A stretch of 64,000 bases of DNA from Deltaproteobacteria bacterium (GTDB lineage Bacteria > Myxococcota > XYA12-FULL-58-9). The DNA lies in the NCBI GenBank assembly GCA_016218825.1, contig JACRCV010000006.1:6797-70796 (forward strand), given 5' to 3'. Positions 56,379 to 64,000 of this stretch are shown piece by piece. Numbering within the stretch: the stretch's first letter is position 1; each line of letters opens with the position of its first letter. The position numbers and the translations under genes were made by a program. The notes beneath the pieces are model-generated. The model did no database searches. It saw only the letters and a list, made by a program, of their open reading frames with translations, and was not told the DNA's origin.

Positions 56379-58604
56379 TCAGGGCAGCTGCCGCCGGAAC
56401 ATCCCGAAGCCTTTGGTGATCACGAACCCGGTGTCGCTGGCGCCGGGGATGACGGCGACGCTAGCCCCGGCCGCGCCCGCGGGCAGGCCGTCGTTAAGGG
56501 CGGCGAAGGTCGAGCCGTCGGTCGCGCCGCCGTCGGCCGCGTACTGGACGCCGCTCTCGGTGGCGATGAGCAGCCGCGGCATCGAGCCCTTGGCCATCGC
56601 GTTCACGAAGCGATCGAAAGTCGTGAGCGCGGCGTCGAAGGGGGCGAACGACGGGCTCGCGAGGTCGGTGCTGCGCTTCAGGCCGACGCCGCCGCCGAAC
56701 CAGCCCGACATCAGTAGGGCGCCTGTGGGATCGACGATGATCCCGGTGGGCCGCCAGACCTCGCTCCAGGCCGCGGTGGCGGTCGAGCCCTGATCGGCAG
56801 AGCGCCAGAGCGTCGGCTCGGGGTTGGCGCCGGCCGGCCGCATGCCGAGGAAGACGACGCCGTCGCTCGTCACCACCAGCGGCGCGTCTCCGAAGTCGTC
56901 CGTCGGCACGCCGACCAGGTTGGTGGCGGCGAAGGAGCCGCCGCTGTCGGTGCTCAGGTACAGGCCGGTCGGCGGGATGCCGGGGGTGTCGGGCTCCGCT
57001 TCGCCGCGCGACTCGAAGGCGAACACCCGGCGCGCGTGCGGGCTCGTGGTGCTGGGGTCGAAGGCGATCGCCTTGACGTTGCGGCCGTCGAGGCCGGTCG
57101 CACGCCTGACGGTGCTCTCTGACAACGACGCCGCCAGGACTCCGTGGCCGGCCGGGCAACCCGCGAAGGCCTCTTCGTGGGTCGCGAGCAGGACCCGATC
57201 GGGGTCGTCGGGATCTTGCGCCAGATCGGCGACACAGTGCGGGCCGATGTCGAGCCGCTCCCAACTGCCGCCCAGATCCGCAGAGCGGAACACGCCGCCG
57301 CCCGAGAGCAGCCACAGCGTGTAGACACCGGCGATCTCGGTGACCCGCAGCCGGCCGGACAGCTCGTCGATGCCGGTGGCGCTCGGCGTGAAGGTGACGC
57401 CGCCGTCGGCAGAGCTCCAGACCGCGCCGTTCGCCGCGCCGACGTAGACCGGATTGGCGCCGTTCGGGTGGTCCGGCGGCAGCGCCACCGCGGTCAGCGC
57501 GACCGGCACCAGACACTGACCGGTCGGCGCCAGCGTCGAGGCGCTGCTGCCGGCGAGCAAGCCGTCGCCGTCGGTCGTCGCGAACAGGCCGCTCTCGGTG
57601 AAGGCGACGTCGGTGAACGCGCTCGTCGAGAAGTCGGGGGCGGCCGTGGTGAAGGACAGGCCGCCGTCGGTCGACTCGACGAGGCCGCTGCCGGTAGTGC
57701 TGACCAAGAGGTGCGCGGCGTTTCTCGGGTCGGCATGCAGCGCGACGATTTGCGCGAGGCCGCTCGGCGGAAACGCCGTGCTGCCGAAGGTCGTGGCGGT
57801 GAAGTATTCGCCGCCGTCGGCGCTGGCGAAGAAGGTCGTGTCGTTGGCGAGGTAGACCCGGTCGCGGTCGGTGACGTCGGCGACCATCGCCAGCGCCGGG
57901 CCGTCGCTGCCCTCGAGGACGTTGTTCATCGCCGCCGCTTGAAAGACGCCGCCGCCGGCCTGGTCGTCGAGGCGATAGAGCGAGGCCGTGGCGCAGGAGG
58001 CGCAGGCGCCGCTGCCTTCGAAAAGGGCGTAGAGCCGCTCGCTTTGCCCACTCGTCGCCGCGACCGACAACCGCCGCAGCCGCCGGCCGTAGTTGCCGGC
58101 GTCGAGCGCCGGCAGCCCGGCGTTGACCGGGTCGAAGGTCGCCCCACCGTCGGTGGACAGGTAGACGCCGTCGTCCGGCGAGCCGCTGCGCGAGCCGACG
58201 CCGGCGTAGATCCGCGTCGTGCCCGGTACGACCACCAGGGCGGTGACCGAGGTCTTGGTGAACCTGCGGGACAGCGTGTAGGCGCCCGCCGCCGCGGTGG
58301 TGCGGTAGATGCCGGCGGTGTGCTCCGGCCACGCCCCGGTGCCGACCACGACGGTCTCGCCGCCGAGCGCCAAGATCGAGCGGACGCTGCCGCCCGGCGG
58401 CCCGGCCTGTTCCCAGGTCGTCAGCGGCGCCCCGAGCCCCGGCCGACCAGTGGCGTAGGGGCAGCGCGCCGGGGTCGGGACGGCGTCGCCGTCACCGCTC
58501 GGAGCGCCGCTGTCACCGATGATGGATCGGGAGCACCCGGCTGAGAGCATCGCGCCCGCGGCGGCGACCGTCAGCGCGAGGCGGCGAGGCCGTTGCCACC
58601 GCAT
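56379..58604 (-). CDS. Lipoprotein with BNR/Asp-box repeats (sialidase/VPS10-like beta-propellers)
   Basis: Lipobox SAGC; about 9 SxDxG motifs (YLSTDGGATF, FASADGG, VESTDGGLSF, WSSADGGVTF, FRSADLGGSW, YLSTDSGGSF). Confidence 0.85.
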   Translation of the reverse strand: MRWQRPRRLALTVAAAGAMLSAGCSRSIIGDSGAPSGDGDAVPTPARCPYATGRPGLGAPLTTWEQAGPPGGSVRSILALGGETVVVGTGAWPEHTAGIYRTTAAAGAYTLSRRFTKTSVTALVVVPGTTRIYAGVGSRSGSPDDGVYLSTDGGATFDPVNAGLPALDAGNYGRRLRRLSVAATSGQSERLYALFEGSGACASCATASLYRLDDQAGGGVFQAAAMNNVLEGSDGPALAMVADVTDRDRVYLANDTTFFASADGGEYFTATTFGSTAFPPSGLAQIVALHADPRNAAHLLVSTTGSGLVESTDGGLSFTTAAPDFSTSAFTDVAFTESGLFATTDGDGLLAGSSASTLAPTGQCLVPVALTAVALPPDHPNGANPVYVGAANGAVWSSADGGVTFTPSATGIDELSGRLRVTEIAGVYTLWLLSGGGVFRSADLGGSWERLDIGPHCVADLAQDPDDPDRVLLATHEEAFAGCPAGHGVLAASLSESTVRRATGLDGRNVKAIAFDPSTTSPHARRVFAFESRGEAEPDTPGIPPTGLYLSTDSGGSFAATNLVGVPTDDFGDAPLVVTSDGVVFLGMRPAGANPEPTLWRSADQGSTATAAWSEVWRPTGIIVDPTGALLMSGWFGGGVGLKRSTDLASPSFAPFDAALTTFDRFVNAMAKGSMPRLLIATESGVQYAADGGATDGSTFAALNDGLPAGAAGASVAVIPGASDTGFVITKGFGMFRRQLP

Positions 58605-58607
58605 GGC

Positions 58608-59408
58608 CTAGCGGCTGGCCTTGGAGGCCTCGTTGGAGAAGTCGCTCTCGGCGCCCGCGGTGTTGTAGGCCGTCACCGCGAAGAAGTGTACTCCGGCGGG
58701 CAGGTCGAAGATGGTGAAGGTCGTGCGGTTGCCGACGTCGATGGTCGTCGTGTAGGTGCGCGACTGGTCGCCGAAGTAGAGCTTGTAGCCGGCGAGGTCG
58801 GTGCACGGCGTGCCGTCGGTGTTGGTGGTTGGTGGATCCCATTTGAGCGCCGTCTTGTTGGGCGGCAACAACGGCCCGAGGCCGACGCCCTCGAAGACTC
58901 GACGCCGGAAGTCGCCGTATCGATCCGCCGGCACGGCGAGGCGCCCGACCCGGACCGGGGCGGTGCGACCGGCGTTGGCGGTGTCACTCGTCGCGGCGGC
59001 CGGGAGCGGGCCGGCGGTCGCCGGCGCCGGGGCGGACGACATCGGCGGCACCGGTGACGGCAGCGGCAGCGCCACGTTGGCGGCCTTGGCCATGGTGTCG
59101 CCGGCGAACTGCTTCTTCCAGGTGTCGAGGCCGCCGTCGACCTTGCGCATCGCGTCGACGTAGCGGTCGGCGTGATCGCGAACCTCCGCGACCACCTGCG
59201 TGAGCGACGACCGTAGCGGCACCAAGATCGTGGCGCCGGCGCGAATGCGGGTGAAGTCCTTCACGCCGCTGTGCAGCGCGACGAAGGCCAACAGCTCCTT
59301 GTTGCTCGCGATGTCGCGGTCGGAGAAGCCGTTCTGGTTCAAGGCCGACCACGCGGTCTTCGGACCGCCGGCGCCGAGAGTGACCGACTTGAGCTCGATG
59401 GTCGCCAT
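58608..59408 (-). CDS. Protein with weak LysM-like N-terminus and C-terminal fibronectin type III domain
   Basis: RBS GGAGG; KDFTRIRAGATILVP; LKWDPP..DLAGYKLYFG..FAVTAYNTAGAESDFSNE. Confidence 0.8.
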   Translation of the reverse strand: MATIELKSVTLGAGGPKTAWSALNQNGFSDRDIASNKELLAFVALHSGVKDFTRIRAGATILVPLRSSLTQVVAEVRDHADRYVDAMRKVDGGLDTWKKQFAGDTMAKAANVALPLPSPVPPMSSAPAPATAGPLPAAATSDTANAGRTAPVRVGRLAVPADRYGDFRRRVFEGVGLGPLLPPNKTALKWDPPTTNTDGTPCTDLAGYKLYFGDQSRTYTTTIDVGNRTTFTIFDLPAGVHFFAVTAYNTAGAESDFSNEASKASR

Positions 59409-59540
59409 CCTAGTGTGCCTCCGAAGGGGACCCGCGAGAGCCTACGTCTTCGCGCTGCGGGTGTCTATTCTCCCTCGGGTTAGGGTCGCGCAGCCTGGCA
59501 CCCACCGCGGGGCCTCGAGTAAGCTCTTCGCGTGGCACCG

Positions 59541-60455
59541 ATGGCGACCGCGAGCGCGCCGTATCACCTGCAGCGTCCGGCCCTCGGCGCCGTGATGCTG
59601 GGTCTCGCCGCGGTCGTCGGCTGCGGCGCCAACGGCAGCGGTGGCCCGCGGAAAGTCGACGCGCCGGCGGGCGTGGATTACCCGAGCGACGCGCCCCGGC
59701 CCGGCGACGCTCCCCGCGGGGACCTCGATGGCGGTGACCGCGGGCACGGCGGCGACATCGGCGCTGGCTGTCAGTGTGACGACGGCAATCCGTGTACGCG
59801 GGACAGCTGTTTGGCGGGTCAGTGCCAGCGCGACGCGATGCCGGTCGGTGTCGTGACCTGCATCGATGCGACGTCGGCCCGGGTTTGCACCGCGGCCGGA
59901 GCGCTCGCCACGCAGAGCTGTGGGGCGCGCTGCGAGGCGCTCGGCTTCAACGGGGTCCTCGGGTGCAGCAACGATGCCTGTGGTTGCACCAACCTCGGCG
60001 GCGCCTGCACGGTCGGCCGCGAGGCGTGTGTCAGCCCGGACGGCGTGACGCAGTATCGCGCAGTCTGCGTCGACAACACCGTGCTCGGCACCGCCGGTCC
60101 GATCTGGCAGGTCGCGGCGTGCGACCGCATCTGTGCCGCGAGCGGCTACGGGGTCGCGGTCGGCTGCACCGCAGATCCACTGAACGCAACGCGCCGCGTC
60201 TGCGTCTGCGGCCACCCCTGTTCGCCGCCGTGCACCGGGACCGAGGTCTGCGATTGGCGCTCCGGGAGCTGTTACTCCAGCGCCAGCCCGGAGTGCGACT
60301 TCAACAGCGACTGTCCGTCGCACATGATCTGCAGCAGCCAGCGCTGCCTGTACGTCGACTGCACCAGCGACTCGAACTGCCCGTACTGCTTCCGCTGCTC
60401 CGGCTACGCCTGCGTCTCCTGCGGCGACAACCCCTACGGCGGCTGCGGCTGTTGA
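59541..60455 (+). CDS. Cys-rich lipoprotein (myxobacterial type)
   Basis: Lipobox VVGC; CDDGNPCTRDSC and CxxxSxC repeats. Confidence 0.8.
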   Translation: MATASAPYHLQRPALGAVMLGLAAVVGCGANGSGGPRKVDAPAGVDYPSDAPRPGDAPRGDLDGGDRGHGGDIGAGCQCDDGNPCTRDSCLAGQCQRDAMPVGVVTCIDATSARVCTAAGALATQSCGARCEALGFNGVLGCSNDACGCTNLGGACTVGREACVSPDGVTQYRAVCVDNTVLGTAGPIWQVAACDRICAASGYGVAVGCTADPLNATRRVCVCGHPCSPPCTGTEVCDWRSGSCYSSASPECDFNSDCPSHMICSSQRCLYVDCTSDSNCPYCFRCSGYACVSCGDNPYGGCGC

Positions 60456-60500
60456 CCGACGCCGCCGGCGCGCCCGGTGCCCCGAACCACCGGCGCCTCG

Positions 60501-61154
60501 TCAGAGCTTCTGACGGCAGTAGGCGGTCGCGAGCGCGTCGGCGTATTCGTTCCAACGCGAGCCGTCGTGGGCCTTGATCCACCGCAACGTCAGGTTGGGC
60601 CGCGTCTGCGCGAGGGCGTACAGCTCCTGGACCAGCTCGAGGTTCTTGATCGGTCCGCCCTTGCGCCGCCAGCCGCGGGCCTCCCAGGCCGGCGCCCATT
60701 CGTTGATGGTCTTGACGCACAGCTCGCTGTCAGAGAAGACGTCGAGGCTGACGCTCGCCGGGCCGATCTTGTAAGCCTCGATGAGCGCGATGAGCTCCAT
60801 GCGGTTGTTGGTGGTGTGCGGCTCGTGGCCGTGGAGTTGATCGATGATCTCGCCGTCGGCGACGTACACCACGCCCCAGCCGCCCGGCCCGGGGTTGGGG
60901 CTGGCGCTGCCGTCGGTGAACAGCCCGGTGTCCGGCCCCGCGGTGTAGCGCGCCAGCACCTCGTCGACGCTCAGGTTCAGCTCCGGCGCGCCGCGGTCGC
61001 GCGCCACGCCGGGTCGGCCCTTGCCGCCGCCCCGATTGCGGCAGGGGAGGCACTGGGTCGGCCGCCAGCCGGGAAAGCGGTCGAGCGTCGCCTTGGGGAC
61101 GATGAAGTCGGTGCCGCAGACCCGACAGCGAAAGGCGTTGTTCGTTTCAGCCAC
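60501..61154 (-). CDS. rnhA: Ribonuclease HI with N-terminal zinc ribbon
   Basis: FTDGSASPNPGPGGWG, TNNRMEL, FSDSEL, WIKAHDG..NEYADALA; N-terminal CRVC..CLPC. Confidence 0.9.
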   Translation of the reverse strand: MAETNNAFRCRVCGTDFIVPKATLDRFPGWRPTQCLPCRNRGGGKGRPGVARDRGAPELNLSVDEVLARYTAGPDTGLFTDGSASPNPGPGGWGVVYVADGEIIDQLHGHEPHTTNNRMELIALIEAYKIGPASVSLDVFSDSELCVKTINEWAPAWEARGWRRKGGPIKNLELVQELYALAQTRPNLTLRWIKAHDGSRWNEYADALATAYCRQKL

Positions 61155-61196
61155 CGGTCACCCGACGCCGAAGGCGACGGCGCCCGGAGTGCCGGC

Positions 61197-61278
61197 GGGC
61201 GGTCCCCCCGCTAGGTTGGCTGGGGGTGGGGAGCGCGGCCGCAACGGCCGCGCGGGAATCAAAGCAAGTGCAGACCGC
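61197..61278. repeat. Dispersed repeat family B, copy 2
   Basis: 74/82 identity to 54743-54824; 61191-61210 is also identical (20 nt) to 17649-17668. Confidence 0.85.
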
Positions 61279-61412
61279 CTTCGACAGGACTTCACGGCTC
61301 GACCTCGATGCATTGCCCGCAGGCATCGACCGCCTGTAGCCGCAGCGACCCGAGAGGTCAACGACCTCTCGGGCAATAGAGCGCCGCCATCTCGCGTGGT
61401 AGGCTGCAGGGG

Positions 61413-64000
61413 ATGACGAGACTCGCAACCTTGAGCGAGCGCGTCCGCACCCACGTGAGCGGACCCATCGACGTCGAGCAGGCGCGCAAGCTGCACAACC
61501 TGCTCGGCAACTACCGGCCGAGCGCCGCCGAGATCAAAGAGCTCGCTCTCCGTTTCCGAGACCGGTTCACGAAGGAAGGCGCTCGCGAGTGGGCGCAGCT
61601 GTGGACGCCGCAGGCCGCGCACCACGGGAAGGTCGGCGGCGAGTCGAAGGACCCCGGGTTGAGTCTCGTCAGCCTGCGGGCCGCGCTCGGCTCCGACTCG
61701 CCGCTGCCCGCGCCGCGCAAGGCCGCGACCCACAGCGACGCCAGGGGCACGTCGCGGGTGCCGGGGGTGGCGGCGCTGCTACGCCGCACGAAGAAACCCG
61801 AGCCACCCCGCGTTCGTTTGAGCGTCGGCGAGGCGCACGGCTTCGGGGTGACGCCCGAGATGTTTCGCGAAGCGATCGCCGCCGGCGCCTGCAACTCGAG
61901 CGTCGAGGCGGTGCTTCGTGAGCTTTCAGCGTTGCCGCGGGCGAGCACCGATCACATCGCGCCCCGCGATCTGGAGACCGCCCCCAAAGCGCTCGTCGAG
62001 GTCATGGAGCTCGTCTGGGCCTACGGCGGCACCGCCGACCCGGTCGCGGAGCGGACCGACGAGGTGCGTGTCCGCCGCGACGCCCGTGCCGCCGCCCGCC
62101 GGATGTCGCTCGCCGAAGTCCGCGCCGCGCTGCCGAACGCGCTGCTGCGCATGGCCGCCCGCCACCGCATGCGCGCCAACACCGACCTCGCGCCGCTCTA
62201 CACCGTGGTCTGCGAGCAGACGCTGACCTTCTTCGCCGCCGAGTACTACGCCAAGGTGACGAGCGGCGCCGTGCCGTCGAGCCGCTACCTGGCGCGCCTC
62301 GGGCTGTCGCGCGACGCTCCCGACGCCTTCCGCAAGCGGCTGCAGGCGTATGCCCCGCGACCGAGCCTCACCGAGCTCGCGGCGCTCTATGCGCGCGCAG
62401 CCGACGGCAAGCTCGCGGCCCGCGACTTCTACATCGCCAGCGGCTTGTCGAAGGAGCAGCTCCTCGGCCTGCAGCGGGAGCAGCCGAAGCTATTCCCGCG
62501 GTCGCCGGACCTCCGGGAGCGTGACGCGCTGCCGCACCTCTCGGTCGGGGGCGGCGAGCGCGACCTCGACGAGCTGACGCGGGTGTTCGACCGGATGGTG
62601 ATCAAGGGCGGCAAGAGCGTCGCGGACTTCTGCGTCGCGATGGACCTCCGCCCGGCGACCTGGGCCGAGCTGCGGCGCGGCCGTCCCGAGTTTCAGGCGC
62701 GGCAGCGCTACACGCCGGAGAGCATCGCCGCGATCGCGAAGAAGGCGCAGGCGATCTTCACCCACAACCCGCTGGCGTCGCTCGACCAGATCGTGGCGGA
62801 GATCAACGCCGACAAGAGCTTCGTCCAAACCCACGGCACGGTCGAACCGCAGCGCTACATGCAGGCGCGGCGCCTGAGCAAGAAGGCCTTCCCCGACCTG
62901 CGCGGCGGTTGGCTGCGGCCTCTGCGGCGGCGCGTCGACGCCATTCTCCAAGAGGCCGGCCGGCGTCCGCAGAGCGTCGACGAGCTGGTGACGCTGGTGC
63001 AAAAGGAGCTGCCGGAGTTCAACCGCAAGCACGCCGCCGAGCTACGGGTGCTGTCGGGGGGCGACGCGCCGACGGCGGCGACGCGCGCCAGCACTACTCT
63101 GACCCGCGCCGCGATCGCCACCATTCTCAAAGACGCGCCGGCGCTCGCGCCCGCCGACATTCGCCGCAAGCTGCATGACCAGGGCATCGAGGTGAAGAGC
63201 AGCGACATCCGTCGCCTGGTGCGCACGGTCCGGCCGCACACGGTGCAGGCCGGACGCGACATGCAATTCGAGCGCAACTGCTATGCGATGCGGGCGCTGT
63301 TGCAGTTGATCATTCGCCTGTCGCCGCCGGGCATCGAGTACCTCGACTTGTTCAAGCGCTGGGACGCCGAGCTCGTGCGCCGTGGCATCCCGTCGATGCA
63401 GCCCACCGCCGACAAGGTCGCGTCGCACGGCAGCTACTACTGGGAGAGCGAGGCGGAGTCGCCGAAGTCGCACTCCGCCCGCCTGACCGCGGAGCTGTTC
63501 GCGGAGTACGCCGCCGCGAGCAGCAAGACTCTGACCCACGACGCCATCGTCTCACGGATCCTCGCCGACTATCCGACCTTGAGCCGGTACAAGCTCGGGC
63601 ACTACCTGCGGTTGTGGAAGGCGAGCCCGAAGGCGTTTCCGGCCTTGGCGCCGTACTGGAAGCGCGGCCGCATCGAGCTGCATGGCGAGGGATCGCCGCC
63701 CAAAACCCCCCGCTTCGTCGGCGGCTTCAAGGTCGAGCAGGCGATGCTCGGCGGTCTCAACCCCGACCTCAAAGAGCTCATCCGCCTGACCGAGGCGATG
63801 CGCATCCCATTGCGGCTCGCCGACCTCGACGCGGTGATCGACGACCAGCACGGCAGCCAGCCGCTCAGCCAGTCCGGCTTCCTGTGGGTGACGCACCAGG
63901 TGGCCGACATCGTCCCCCTCGCCTTCGCGCTGCGCGCCATCGGGCTGTCGCCGGCGCGGGCGACCGTCGTCGGCTCGCCGTACGGCAGCAACCAGACGGT
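61413..64000 (+). CDS. Large hypothetical protein (>862 aa, 3' end runs off the window); helical/HTH-like segments, then the start of an AdoHcyase-like domain
   Basis: Not in ORF track; hand translation from ATG 61413 stays open to the window end with strong GC3 bias. Confidence 0.85.
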   Translation, partial: MTRLATLSERVRTHVSGPIDVEQARKLHNLLGNYRPSAAEIKELALRFRDRFTKEGAREWAQLWTPQAAHHGKVGGESKDPGLSLVSLRAALGSDSPLPAPRKAATHSDARGTSRVPGVAALLRRTKKPEPPRVRLSVGEAHGFGVTPEMFREAIAAGACNSSVEAVLRELSALPRASTDHIAPRDLETAPKALVEVMELVWAYGGTADPVAERTDEVRVRRDARAAARRMSLAEVRAALPNALLRMAARHRMRANTDLAPLYTVVCEQTLTFFAAEYYAKVTSGAVPSSRYLARLGLSRDAPDAFRKRLQAYAPRPSLTELAALYARAADGKLAARDFYIASGLSKEQLLGLQREQPKLFPRSPDLRERDALPHLSVGGGERDLDELTRVFDRMVIKGGKSVADFCVAMDLRPATWAELRRGRPEFQARQRYTPESIAAIAKKAQAIFTHNPLASLDQIVAEINADKSFVQTHGTVEPQRYMQARRLSKKAFPDLRGGWLRPLRRRVDAILQEAGRRPQSVDELVTLVQKELPEFNRKHAAELRVLSGGDAPTAATRASTTLTRAAIATILKDAPALAPADIRRKLHDQGIEVKSSDIRRLVRTVRPHTVQAGRDMQFERNCYAMRALLQLIIRLSPPGIEYLDLFKRWDAELVRRGIPSMQPTADKVASHGSYYWESEAESPKSHSARLTAELFAEYAAASSKTLTHDAIVSRILADYPTLSRYKLGHYLRLWKASPKAFPALAPYWKRGRIELHGEGSPPKTPRFVGGFKVEQAMLGGLNPDLKELIRLTEAMRIPLRLADLDAVIDDQHGSQPLSQSGFLWVTHQVADIVPLAFALRAIGLSPARATVVGSPYGSNQT

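Noticed and set aside
61511-63991. Many short ORFs at the right edge
   Set aside because: Explained by the single open plus-strand frame starting at 61413.

Overview
High-GC (about 70% by eye) bacterial DNA that looks like Myxococcota or a related deltaproteobacterial lineage (Cys-rich lipoproteins, ECF/FecR pair, Ser/Thr kinase, RCC1 repeats); the taxonomy is inferred. No rRNA, tRNA, CRISPR array or transposase was recognised. About 44 genuine CDS; most long ORFs in the supplied track are antisense or off-frame shadows, and two real edge genes (1-1762 minus, 61413-64000 plus) are missing from it. Two loci stand out. (1) A 23-kb electron-transfer island (32-55 kb): Rieske/cytochrome b/7-heme cytochrome plus a GMC flavoprotein; a tightly packed resB-ccsA-lipoprotein-B12 radical SAM operon with overlapping start/stop codons, divergent from a 3111-aa lipoprotein with about 80 hand-counted heme motifs (17 non-canonical CX3CH/CX4CH); and a convergent 33-heme cytochrome plus beta-barrel porin pair. 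(2) A tricarboxylate operon (21-29 kb): HD protein, PrpD-family dehydratase, fungal-type homoaconitase, homoisocitrate-dehydrogenase-like enzyme, CitD-CitE fusion and CitF, with a eukaryote-type citrate synthase just upstream. Two dispersed intergenic repeat families and two sigma54-like promoters were also found. All counts and alignments were done by eye.
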